A stretch of DNA of 64,000 nucleotides, taken from the NCBI GenBank assembly GCA_963818475.1, contig CAWFSF010000006.1, positions 672,001 to 736,000 of the forward strand. Reading direction: 5' to 3'. Origin of the DNA: Nitrospirota bacterium. GTDB lineage: Bacteria > Nitrospirota > UBA9217. Below are positions 54,864-64,000 of the stretch, piece after piece (the first letter of the stretch is position 1; the number at the start of each line of letters is the position of its first letter). The notes under the pieces were generated by a model that saw only the letters and a list, made by a program, of their open reading frames with translations, ran no database searches and was not told the origin of the DNA. The position numbers and the translations under genes are program-made.

Positions 54864-55559
54864 CTAGAGCGAGCTGATGATCTTGTCCATTGAGGTATTG
54901 AACGATTCCCGCCACTCTTTGATCGATTCCTTATTGACCGCTTTAATGCCGCCGGCGCCCAGCGTTTTCTTGCCGACCGTATCGACCCTTTCCTTGATCA
55001 CCTGTTTTCCGCTGCGGTCCCATGCGGTGAAGACGTTCTTCGTGATCGCCTTCGTCGTGGGGACAAAGCTCCCGGTTTTCGCGCTCCATTCGGAAAAGAT
55101 CAGGACAACGGCATCGACGTTCAATGCTTTGCAGAGCTGTTTGGCCTTTTGTGGTTCTAACTTCCCGCCCTTGATCTCTTTGCTCACCTCGGTAAAGACC
55201 GGCATATCCCTGCCATTGACCTTCGGCACGAACACGGTCAGTGTTTTAGGAACGCCTGCGTTTCGGTAGGCGGCGTTATCGATAAAACCGGACACCTTGG
55301 TTACTGTCCACTTTTTGCCGAGCTTTTTTTCAGCGTCATTCAGCATCCCGGTGACCGTACCTCTTATCAGTTCATGCACTGATGTGCTGCCGACACTGCC
55401 GGCCCGCACCGAACCGGCCACGTCGCTTACGGTGAACGAAACGATAGCAACCTTTTTTATCGACGCTCCTTCTCCAGACAAAGCGGTTGAACTTGAAACA
55501 AAAACGGCCGCCATCGCAAGCATGAATACGAGCGCCAGCTTAACACTGTTTCTTTGCAT
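54864..55559 (-). CDS. Hypothetical exported protein
   Basis: Signal peptide; LCKALNVDAV. Confidence 0.65.
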   Translation of the reverse strand: MQRNSVKLALVFMLAMAAVFVSSSTALSGEGASIKKVAIVSFTVSDVAGSVRAGSVGSTSVHELIRGTVTGMLNDAEKKLGKKWTVTKVSGFIDNAAYRNAGVPKTLTVFVPKVNGRDMPVFTEVSKEIKGGKLEPQKAKQLCKALNVDAVVLIFSEWSAKTGSFVPTTKAITKNVFTAWDRSGKQVIKERVDTVGKKTLGAGGIKAVNKESIKEWRESFNTSMDKIISSL

Positions 55560-55825
55560 GTTGTCTCCTTTTTGAAAATTGATCAAGCCAGGTTGGCGAC
55601 ATTGCCGCGGAAGTTATTGAGAACAAAAGAGTGTACTATTTTGTTGCGAAACTGGCAAGAGTAAAAAACGAAAACGGGGCGTATGAAAATCCCGCTTTTT
55701 TGTCATAATACCGAACTCCAAAATACCCCTTTGAAGCCCTTGATTAATTCGCAAATATATAGTACTTTAGTCGCACCGGATCGAGTCTGTCATTCTTTAA
55801 ATCACTGTTCCAAAGGGGGGGAATA

Positions 55826-56722
55826 ATGCTGAAAAGACTTTCTGTAATGCTGGCGGGTATGCTCGTCGCAGTATTCTGTTCGATGGCGCATGCAACAGAA
55901 CCGCAGCCGGGTATGACCGCCGCGGAGTTCGAAGCTTCACTGAAGTATCAAAAGGGGGACATCGTTCTGCCCGGCGGCATGGCAACGCTCAAGATCCCCG
56001 ATTCCTTCCGCTACCTGGATCCGAAGGACACCGAGCAGGTCCTTGTTCAGTCGTGGGGAAATCCGTCAGGCGAAGGGACGCTGGGCATGCTTCTTCCCGC
56101 AAACCTAAGCGCGACCGCCGATAACAGCTGGGGCGTCATAATCACCTATGAAGAGGACGGCTACGTTTCGGACAAGGATGCGGACAGCATTAATTATGAC
56201 GACTTGCTGAAGGAAATGAAAGAAGACATTGCAGACAGCAACAAGGAGCGGCAGAAGGAGGGATACCAGAGCATCGATCTCGCGGGATGGGCGGCAACGC
56301 CGTACTACGACAAGGAGACGCACAAGTTGTACTGGGCCAAGGAACTGGCCTTCGGCGGAGAAAAAAACCATACGCTGAACTACAATATCCGGGTACTCGG
56401 GAGGAAGGGGGTGCTCGTCCTGAATGCCGTCTCCGGGATGAGCCAGCTGGACACCGTGAAAAAAGAGATGCAGCAGGTGCTGGCCTTCACTGATTTTAAT
56501 TCCGGGTTCCGCTATGCGGACTACGATTCCAAAACCGACAAAACGGCGGCCTACGGCATCGCCGCGCTCGTGGCCGGAGGCGTTGCAGCCAAGGCCGGGT
56601 TGTTCGCGAAGTTGTTCGCGGTCCTGATTGCGGCCAAGAAACTGCTTATTGCCGGCGTGATCGCGCTGGGCGCCTTGATCGCAAAGTTGTTCAAGAAAAA
56701 GAACGAGGCTGCGGGAGCATAG
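55826..56722 (+). CDS. DUF2167 protein
   Basis: GYVSD.DA..I.YD.LL, GWA..P.YD, LNYNIRVLGRKG. Confidence 0.85.
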   Translation: MLKRLSVMLAGMLVAVFCSMAHATEPQPGMTAAEFEASLKYQKGDIVLPGGMATLKIPDSFRYLDPKDTEQVLVQSWGNPSGEGTLGMLLPANLSATADNSWGVIITYEEDGYVSDKDADSINYDDLLKEMKEDIADSNKERQKEGYQSIDLAGWAATPYYDKETHKLYWAKELAFGGEKNHTLNYNIRVLGRKGVLVLNAVSGMSQLDTVKKEMQQVLAFTDFNSGFRYADYDSKTDKTAAYGIAALVAGGVAAKAGLFAKLFAVLIAAKKLLIAGVIALGALIAKLFKKKNEAAGA

Positions 56723-56779
56723 AACTCCAGGAAGATCGCAACAATTTGCCAATAACCCGTGAACAAGGAGGAACAGGAA

Positions 56780-57235
56780 ATGGATAAGACAGAGAAGCAG
56801 AACCTTGCTTTGGGACTTGCCGCAGGCGTTGCCGCCGCGATCATAGGCGCCGTGCTCTGGGCCTTGATCACTGTAGCGGCCGAATACCAGATAGGCTGGA
56901 TGGCGGTCGGCGTTGGCCTTCTGGTCGGGTATGCGGTGAGGACTTTCGGAAAGGGCGTTGACAGCGTGTTCGGCATATCCGGTGCAGTCATCGCGCTGCT
57001 CGGCTGTATTGCCGGAAATTTCCTGACCGTCGTCATATTGGTTTCACGCCAGGAACACCTGGGAGTGATGGCAGTGTTCTCCCGCCTGACCCCCGGCATC
57101 GCTGTCGATCTTCTGAAAGAGACCTTTCAACCGATGGACCTGCTGTTCTACGGCATCGCCGTATATGAAGCCTACAAATTCTCTTTCGAGCCGGCGGCCG
57201 GGGAAGCGCCCGTGCCGCTCAAGCAGGCCGAGTGA
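56780..57235 (+). CDS. Hypothetical membrane protein
   Basis: Several TM segments; DLLFYGIAVYEAYK. Confidence 0.7.
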   Translation: MDKTEKQNLALGLAAGVAAAIIGAVLWALITVAAEYQIGWMAVGVGLLVGYAVRTFGKGVDSVFGISGAVIALLGCIAGNFLTVVILVSRQEHLGVMAVFSRLTPGIAVDLLKETFQPMDLLFYGIAVYEAYKFSFEPAAGEAPVPLKQAE

Positions 57236-57287
57236 GGTTCGGAGCGAATGCTGTCAGGGTAAGGAGCCTTTCTGTGTGGGGAACCCT

Positions 57288-58139
57288 ATGAGCAGGGACG
57301 AAGAATATATGCAGCCGGAAGGGGCGGGAGAGGAAGCAGTATCAGTGCCCGAAGCCGCCTCCGAAGGACCGAACGCAAAGACGAAGCGTTCCGGCATCAT
57401 GGCAGCCCTTGCCGTGGCCGGAACGCTTCTCTTGAAATTTTTGAAGCCGCTCCTGATCGGACTGAAAGCCCTCAAGGCCGGCGCCATACTCAAGACCGGC
57501 CTGACCATGGTCTTAAGCATGTGGGCTTACGCGATGGCCTGGGGCTGGGCCTACGGCGCCGCTTTCGTGCTTCTGATCTTCGTGCACGAGATGGGCCATG
57601 TGTATGCGCTCAGGCATTTCGGGATCCGCGCAAGCGTGCCCATCTTCATTCCCTTTGTGGGCGCCTTTGTCGCCATGAAGGAGATGCCGAAGAATGTGAG
57701 CATCGAAGCATGGACGGGCATTGCAGGACCCATCGTCGGCACCGGAGGGGCCATGCTCTGCTGGTCCGCGGCCCTCTATACCGGGAGCTCCTTCTGGATG
57801 GCGGTAGCCTACACGGGATTCTTCCTCAACCTCTTCAACCTTATCCCCATCAGCCCCCTGGACGGGGGAAGGACCGTGGCCGCCATATCGCCGAAGCTCT
57901 GGGTCCTCGGCTTCATCGGTATCCTTATCCTGTTCTTTCGGTCCTTTAATCCCATCTTGTTCTTCATCCTGCTTCCCGCCGGGCGCAATGTGTATGAGCT
58001 CTGGAAAAACAGGCATGAAGCTCCGCAGGAATACTACGAGGTAGACCGCAAAACAAAGGTCCAGATCTCGCTTCTTTATTTCGGCCTCCTGGCCTTTCTG
58101 GCCCTCGCGATGTCGCTGACGCATGTGAAGAGATACTAA
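57288..58139 (+). CDS. Site-2 protease family (M50) metalloprotease
   Basis: HEMGH, AGP, NLIPISPLDGG. Confidence 0.9.
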   Translation: MSRDEEYMQPEGAGEEAVSVPEAASEGPNAKTKRSGIMAALAVAGTLLLKFLKPLLIGLKALKAGAILKTGLTMVLSMWAYAMAWGWAYGAAFVLLIFVHEMGHVYALRHFGIRASVPIFIPFVGAFVAMKEMPKNVSIEAWTGIAGPIVGTGGAMLCWSAALYTGSSFWMAVAYTGFFLNLFNLIPISPLDGGRTVAAISPKLWVLGFIGILILFFRSFNPILFFILLPAGRNVYELWKNRHEAPQEYYEVDRKTKVQISLLYFGLLAFLALAMSLTHVKRY

Positions 58140-58261
58140 TCCAAACGAATTAAATATTATTACATCCAGGAAAGTCCCCCCTCGCCCTACCCTCTCCCCG
58201 CCGGGGAGAGGACAAAGGTGAGGGGCAAAATCAGTAACGAATCTAAATGCGTTTGTATTAG
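58136..58261 (-). mobile_element. MITE-like family A, copy 3
   Basis: Reverse complement of 34255..34373; its CTAAT end holds the M50 stop codon. Confidence 0.78.
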
Positions 58262-58432
58262 CTCTCCCGCTGTTGAAAAAGCTGCTGCCCGTTCTTTCTG
58301 TCGAGCAGGAGTGAACCTTTAGCGCACAGCTGCCGAGATACCCCGTTTTTAATCTTTACTTCGCGACAAGACATCTATAAACTCATATCCTATATAGTTC
58401 ACTAAAAAAACATCAGCACGTCCGGGGTATAC

Positions 58433-59527
58433 ATGGATCCCATCGATCAAAAAGTGAAGGCACTGGAAGCATTCATCGAGAAGAAGGAGCGGCTCAAGAA
58501 GACCACTCCGCTTCAGTATCTCTTCTGGGAAGCCACGCTTCGGTGCAACCTGGGATGTCTGCATTGCGGCAGTGATTGCGTGAAGAACGATGCGGCGCAG
58601 GATGCGGAGCTGGACGGAGAAGCAATAAAGCGGGAACTCCGTGCCATTGCGACGGACTATCGGCCCGAAACTGTCACCTTCGCGATCATCGGGGGAGAAC
58701 CGCTGGTACGCGAGGACATCATCGGCGTCGGGGCCTATGCGGCGGAACTCGGGTTCAACTGGGGGATCACCACGAACGGCATGCTGCTTACTGCCGACAT
58801 GGTCAAGCGGCTCAAGGACGCAAAACTCGCGACGATCTCCGTGAGCCTCGATGGGATCGAGGCAGACCATGATGCCTTGCGGAACTGCAAAGGGGCCCAC
58901 AAGGTCGTGACTGATGCCATCCGGCGTCTTCTTGCAGACCGGTTTTTCCGAACCTTCGACGTGATCTGCTGCGTGAGCAAGATCAATATCGACCATCTCG
59001 ATGCTTTTGTGGACGAAGCGGTGCGTATCGGAATTCCGGCCGTGCGCTTTACCCCGGTGTTCTCACGTGGCAGGGCCTCGAAGAACAGTTCCCTGATGCT
59101 GGATAAGTCCGATTATCTCAGGATGCTGGATTTTATCAAGCAGCAGCGGGAGAAGCAAAAGAACATACAGGTCTATCTCAGCGAAGAAGGCTATTGGGGG
59201 CCGGAATGGGAGTGCGTGATCAGGGACGAATTCCATTACTGCGCCTCGGGGATCCAGATCGGAAGCATCCTGCATGACGGCAAGGTCACAGGGTGCCCCA
59301 GCGTGTCGCGTCAATTCATCGAGGGCACGATCTTGGAGTCTGCCTTCGTCGATATCTGGAAGGGCCAATTCGGTCGGTACCGGCAGGACCGGGAAAAAAC
59401 CTTTTCACTGAAGTGCTCCGGCTGCGAGCACTGGGTCCTGTGCGAAGGCGGCGGTTTTCATCTGCTGGACCAGGAGAATACTTCGGAGAGTTTCTGCTGT
59501 CTTGAAAAAATCGGCACGAGGAGATGA
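58433..59527 (+). CDS. Radical SAM/SPASM enzyme, rSAM-lipoprotein (TIGR04133-like) type
   Basis: LFWEATLRCNLGCLHCGSDC; GGEPL; SLDG; C..G...GSIL.DG.V.GCPS; CSGCEHWVLCEGGG.H. Confidence 0.88.
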   Translation: MDPIDQKVKALEAFIEKKERLKKTTPLQYLFWEATLRCNLGCLHCGSDCVKNDAAQDAELDGEAIKRELRAIATDYRPETVTFAIIGGEPLVREDIIGVGAYAAELGFNWGITTNGMLLTADMVKRLKDAKLATISVSLDGIEADHDALRNCKGAHKVVTDAIRRLLADRFFRTFDVICCVSKINIDHLDAFVDEAVRIGIPAVRFTPVFSRGRASKNSSLMLDKSDYLRMLDFIKQQREKQKNIQVYLSEEGYWGPEWECVIRDEFHYCASGIQIGSILHDGKVTGCPSVSRQFIEGTILESAFVDIWKGQFGRYRQDREKTFSLKCSGCEHWVLCEGGGFHLLDQENTSESFCCLEKIGTRR

Positions 59528-60054
59528 AAGCAATGGGCAGAAATGAATATTCCAGGAGAGAATTTCTGAAAACATTCGCAATGCTATCCTCTGCATCGGT
59601 CATAGGGCTGAGCTTCGGATGCGCTGAGCCACAAGACGGAGCACTCTATGGTCCGGCAGCACTCTATGGTCCAGTAGCACTCTATGGCCCACCGCCCGTG
59701 AACTTAGTTCATCCCGAGGTCACCGCGATCTACTTCATCGACGATCAATCAACGAGAATTCTTCTGCAGAATAACCAGAACGTGCCCGTCCAGGTCGTCT
59801 GCCGCATCGATTTCAGCAAGTCCATGAATACAACAATGCCGGTCACGATCAGTTTTACCGATCCCGCTGAGAATGCAGTCCCGATTTCTCAAGCATGGGC
59901 GAATGACCTGACCTTGATCGTAACGCCAACATCGCAGCTTCTGTTCAATTCAGCATATGCCTTGTCCGTAGGAAATGATGCGGAGGACATTTACGGCAAC
60001 AAGATCACGTTGACTGTGGATGCAACGGTATCGTTCAGGACCGTCAGCGCATAG
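59524..60054 (+). CDS. Tat lipoprotein with 3x ALYGP and an Ig-like domain
   Basis: SRREFLK; SFGC; GALYGPAALYGPVALYGPPP; FSKSMN...TP...L...Y.L Big_5-like region. Confidence 0.8.
   Translation: MKAMGRNEYSRREFLKTFAMLSSASVIGLSFGCAEPQDGALYGPAALYGPVALYGPPPVNLVHPEVTAIYFIDDQSTRILLQNNQNVPVQVVCRIDFSKSMNTTMPVTISFTDPAENAVPISQAWANDLTLIVTPTSQLLFNSAYALSVGNDAEDIYGNKITLTVDATVSFRTVSA
59641..59694 (+). repeat. 18-bp tandem repeat x3 encoding ALYGPx
   Basis: gcactctatggtccggca gcactctatggtccagta gcactctatggcccaccg. Confidence 0.92.
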
Positions 60055-60129
60055 TATTTGGGTCTTCTGGGTTTGATGTGGGCCGTTTTTATTCTGTTTG
60101 CATCCTTAAGAGGATGAGGTATGCTTTTT

Positions 60130-60512
60130 TGCACATCCCCTTCGCGTCCTTAATGAAATTTTTGACCTGTCTAAGGCCACATCCGCTCGACCGCGCAAAC
60201 TCGGCCTGCGGCCTCAGACAGTGCGCGTTCGCCCTTTGGGACGCTGCCTTAGGCCAAGACAGGTGCCCAAAAATTTCATAGGTCCGCTCCGGGGACGTGC
60301 GGAGTTTGGGTAAAGATTAGAATCAAAGGTTCTTGGTGTTCCCATGCGAAAATTTAGCCAGGCGACCGAGTCCGAGGGTGAAGCATTTCGGACTGTCTGA
60401 GCCCGCAGGGCGAGTTTCCGAAATGTACCGAGGACGACCGAGCCTGGCGTAAAGAATTTTCGCCGGGTGCCCTTCTTTGGGTCACCTTGCTTGGGCACGC
60501 AAGAAAGGTGAC
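60130..60512. repeat. Structured non-coding element family B, copy 2
   Basis: Colinear with 41111..41485. Confidence 0.85.
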
Positions 60513-60607
60513 GAAAAAAGCTTGTTAAATAAAATACATCAGCACGTTTACAGTTTACCGACCCACACAAAAGTCAGAAGACCCTAGTATTTAAAGAGGG
60601 GGGCACG

Positions 60608-61063
60608 ATGATGCAAGATGATTGTTCGCGCAGGGATTTTCTGAAGAAGTTCGCTTTGTTATCCGCCGGGACGTTCGTGCTCGGCGCGACGACCATGGCT
60701 TGCTACGGCCCTATGGGACCGCAGCCTTCGTCTATCGCTACGGTCAGCGGCATGTACTTTCTTGATGCCTCATCGAATTTGCAGCTCCTCAGAAATAGTC
60801 AGGAAGTGCCGGTGGATACGACATTTAAAATTCACTTCTTCAATCAAATGAATACGACTGTAGACGCGACTGTCGAATTTACCGATCAGAACGCCGTTCC
60901 CTTTGGTCAGGCCTGGGACAGCGACTTCATCTTGAGCGTGGCCCCCTCATCGTATCTATTGAACGCTACGGAGTATCGGCTTATCGTGCTGGACGCTGAA
61001 AGCAAAACAGGCGAAAAAATTAACCTGGCTGGCGACGCGGAAGCGACATTCAAAACGGTGTAG
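60608..61063 (+). CDS. Tat lipoprotein with CYGP and an Ig-like domain, paralogue of 59524..60054
   Basis: SRRDFLK; TMACYGPMGP; shared YF.D..S...LL.N.Q.VPV...F...MNTT...W...F.TV. Confidence 0.8.
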   Translation: MMQDDCSRRDFLKKFALLSAGTFVLGATTMACYGPMGPQPSSIATVSGMYFLDASSNLQLLRNSQEVPVDTTFKIHFFNQMNTTVDATVEFTDQNAVPFGQAWDSDFILSVAPSSYLLNATEYRLIVLDAESKTGEKINLAGDAEATFKTV

Positions 61064-61121
61064 CACGATGAAAACTCGAAGGTAGTCAGCAGGCAAAAAT
61101 GTGTACTGAGCCGGTAATACT

Positions 61122-61907
61122 ATGGAGGATAAAAAAATTACGGAAGCCGTGACCATTTTCAGACGAATGGCTATTGCGATCATTCTGGCGGCCCTCCTGG
61201 CCGGCTGCGCAATCGGACCAGTGACCTCAAAAGACTGGGCAGGCAAGGGGTATTCGCGTTTAAAAGCCGGCGACTACGAGGGTTCGATAGACGCCTACAG
61301 CAAATCGATAGAGCTGGATCCCAGCCACGCCGTGACGTATCAAAATCGAGGGGTCAGTTATTCCCGGTTGGGCGACCAGCAGCGGGCGCTCGCTGATTTC
61401 AAAAAGGTCTTGTCGATGAACGACCAGAAGGTGCCGCTCCGTGACACCTATCGTGAAATGGGTGTTGCCTATTACCGGATGGGCAGTATTGATGACGCCG
61501 TTGCCTCCTGGAAGAAAGGCCTGAAAAAGGCGCCCTCCGATGCCGGCGTGCTCAATAACATCGCCGTCGCCTATCTGCAGCAGAAACGGTACGGAGAGGC
61601 GGCTTCAGCCGCGCAGGAGGCGTTTGCTGCAGATCCCTCGATGCCGGAAGTCCTGAATACCATGGGCCAGGTTTCAATGGAAAAAAAGGACTATGATGCA
61701 GCCGCGAAGTATTTCATGCAGTCGATCAAACGGAATCCGAAAGATCCGTCCCAATACTGGAATGCCGCCCTGGCCTTCGAAAAGATGAAGCAATACAAGA
61801 AGGCCTTAAAATACGCGACAAAGTACTCGGAAGTGGTAACGGACGCCGCCTCCCGGGAGAGGGCATCTGCCTATATAGAAGGCCTGCAGAAGATGACGGA
61901 CAGATGA
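61122..61907 (+). CDS. TPR lipoprotein
   Basis: LLAGC lipobox; multiple TPR repeats. Confidence 0.8.
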   Translation: MEDKKITEAVTIFRRMAIAIILAALLAGCAIGPVTSKDWAGKGYSRLKAGDYEGSIDAYSKSIELDPSHAVTYQNRGVSYSRLGDQQRALADFKKVLSMNDQKVPLRDTYREMGVAYYRMGSIDDAVASWKKGLKKAPSDAGVLNNIAVAYLQQKRYGEAASAAQEAFAADPSMPEVLNTMGQVSMEKKDYDAAAKYFMQSIKRNPKDPSQYWNAALAFEKMKQYKKALKYATKYSEVVTDAASRERASAYIEGLQKMTDR

Positions 61908-62048
61908 AGCGGGTCTGATGCAGTCTGCCACGTCTTGTCGCGGATGAATGCCCGATTCTGTTGCACTTTCCCTTGTCGTTGTATAAAATGGTTGGGCGTA
62001 CTCCTAAAACGCGTTGAGCTTAAATGTAACAATTGAAGATCGACTCCT

Positions 62049-63221
62049 ATGACCCCTGCTACGCGTATTTCTGTGAAAAAAGACAAGCCAATATTCGGGC
62101 TGCGCTACGACGCGAACGAAAAAATCCTGCCCTCCCATGAAGATCTGCGGGTCTTTCTGAAAAACACCCAAGCGCGTCACGGCGATGATCAGAAGGCGTA
62201 TCGCAAGCTGATCGCGGACCTGCAGGCGTTCGAGCAGGGTGGGCCTCACGACGTGCACCTGCATAATATCCGGGACAAAACATACTATCGTGTGCTCGGC
62301 CTGTCCTCCTTCGTCAACCACGCCCTCCTGTCGGCGGTCGTGGAGTATCAATATCACCTGACTACGCTCCTCTCGCTCGATCTCAAAAAACCCGCTGCGT
62401 TCATTCGTTCCGCTGAAGCAGAAATGAAAAGGTTCAATCCGAAAAAGAAAGAGGAAGCGGCCAAACTGGCCAAGCTGAAGGGGATGGTCGAGGACCGGAA
62501 GCAGGCGATCGAACTGCTCAAAAAACAGTGGGCGGTATTAACAACGGAGCTGAATCATATTGCGCGCTACATCCGGGACAATCTGCACAAGGTCGGAAAT
62601 CTCTGCGAGGCATCGATCGTCGTGCTGGTGGGTTTCCAGCTCCAACGCAAACAAGAGGCCCGGCTCATCGAGGACGTCAAATCATACTTCAAAGACGAGT
62701 TGAGGGAATCATTAAGCCAGGGGCCAATTACGAAACTGCACCTTGAGGCGGTAAAAAAAGACGTCGATATGCTTTCGAAAGAGATCTCAGCGCAGGTACG
62801 GGAAGACGTTTACGCGATTTCCGGGATGTGTGAAGCAATTTTCGACCACGTGAAGGGGAAAGCCGGCGAGATCAGCGATCTGATCGCCCGGATCGAGGAA
62901 AAAGCGGGCAGCGGCCCCGAAGATGAGACGCCGCTCTTTGCGCAGCTCGAACGGGTCCTGGTCGCGCTCATTTCAGAATATCAATTCAAATTAAACCTGA
63001 ATGCAGTTCGCACCGAGACGGCGCACAAAACGATCTTTCAGGAAAAAAGGAGAGAGATGCTCGCTCACCTTTTCGAGTTGCTGGAAAGAGAGCGCAGGTC
63101 TCCGCGTGATCGACGGTCGGCAACAGATCGCAGAAAATTCTCTGATGCCGATAGCCGGGGCCTGGAACGGAGAAGAAACGAAGAGAGAAGGACAGGGAAA
63201 AGCCGTCGAAAGGCTGAGTAG
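62049..63221 (+). CDS. Hypothetical coiled-coil protein with ERR/DRR repeat tail
   Basis: 390-aa ORF; tail ERRSPRDRRSATDRRK...ERRRNEERRTGKSRR. Confidence 0.7.
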   Translation: MTPATRISVKKDKPIFGLRYDANEKILPSHEDLRVFLKNTQARHGDDQKAYRKLIADLQAFEQGGPHDVHLHNIRDKTYYRVLGLSSFVNHALLSAVVEYQYHLTTLLSLDLKKPAAFIRSAEAEMKRFNPKKKEEAAKLAKLKGMVEDRKQAIELLKKQWAVLTTELNHIARYIRDNLHKVGNLCEASIVVLVGFQLQRKQEARLIEDVKSYFKDELRESLSQGPITKLHLEAVKKDVDMLSKEISAQVREDVYAISGMCEAIFDHVKGKAGEISDLIARIEEKAGSGPEDETPLFAQLERVLVALISEYQFKLNLNAVRTETAHKTIFQEKRREMLAHLFELLERERRSPRDRRSATDRRKFSDADSRGLERRRNEERRTGKSRRKAE

Positions 63222-63289
63222 GGGGGCGTGTGCCGGTCTGGGGGCTTCCTTCACTTTTCAAACACGATCTCGTTATATGCGTAGTTCAA

Positions 63290-63414
63290 CTAATCCAAAC
63301 GAATTAAATATTGTTACATCCAGGAAAGTCCCCCCTCGCCCTACCCTCTCCCCGCCGGGGAGAGGATAAAGGTGCGGGGCAAATCAGTAACGAATCTAAA
63401 TGCGTTTGTATTAG
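63290..63414 (-). mobile_element. MITE-like family A, copy 4
   Basis: Near-identical to 58136..58261. Confidence 0.78.
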
Positions 63415-63487
63415 AAATTGCCGGGCGGGAGTATCGAAAAAACGCTACTGTCCTGGGTAATTCGAAAAAGAGAAGTTGCTTTTCTGG

Positions 63488-63883
63488 CTAGAACCTGTAC
63501 TTCAACACTACCTGGAGATTATTGATATCTTCTATCGGATTGAGACTGAACTTTCTAAGAGTTGGTGCAAGACTCCAAATAATATTACCACCGTCTTTGT
63601 GCAGTGGAATGGCAACAGTTTCTTCCAAGGATTCGTTCATTGAGCCGACAGGCATATCCGGGTGTTCCGGAGCGGTGGTCATTTCCCTGATGTTTTTGAA
63701 ATAGCCTGTTAAGCATTCGCTGGTAAGCCCTCCCGATATTTGCTCATTTCCTGGATGCATCATCTGAGCATCAGCAGCAGACTGCAAACTCAGGTCATTT
63801 GCCGCAGCGAGCGAAGCAGAAGCGCAGAAAATGACGAAAAAGATCGCTGCTGAATATTTTTGGAGACCATTGAATAACGCCAT
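63488..63883 (-). CDS. Hypothetical exported protein
   Basis: Signal peptide; terminal YRF. Confidence 0.5.
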   Translation of the reverse strand: MALFNGLQKYSAAIFFVIFCASASLAAANDLSLQSAADAQMMHPGNEQISGGLTSECLTGYFKNIREMTTAPEHPDMPVGSMNESLEETVAIPLHKDGGNIIWSLAPTLRKFSLNPIEDINNLQVVLKYRF

Positions 63884-64000
63884 GTGTCACCCCATCAATG
63901 GTTTTATTATATAATTATGGTGTGGATAGTTCATGTGATTCAAATCACGTTTGTCCGATCGAACGAATCGAACGTTGAGTTGTAAGGGAGGCGCTTGTGG

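Overview
This is a 64-kb, GC-rich bacterial chromosomal segment. Gene content suggests a Nitrospirota/Desulfobacterota-like anaerobe, which is an inference. Many single-base frameshifts cluster at about 0-7 kb, 20-30 kb and 43-46 kb and look like long-read errors. Housekeeping genes are accB-accC-thiE-livJ-livH-purH, mgtE/NRAMP, queC, tex, an rluA-like gene and rnhA. The window also holds a selenocysteine formate dehydrogenase operon with a SECIS, and a divergent sigma54 cluster (Lon protease with an inserted receiver domain, two HK/RR pairs, TauE, USP). The most notable observations are: (1) a radical SAM/SPASM enzyme of the splicease/TIGR04133 type next to two Tat-exported lipoproteins carrying XYGP motifs (ALYGP x3; C-YGP), a candidate protein-modification system; (2) the 3' end of a sigma54 activator gene repeated three times from the same TTCCAGAT breakpoint, bounding two integrase-less ~1.4-kb mini-islands that each carry one surface-protein gene; (3) a ~380-nt non-coding element in two copies with at least five compensatory base-pair changes; and (4) several families of small palindromic elements and orphan attC-like sites. 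No rRNA, tRNA, CRISPR array, integrase or transposase was recognised.
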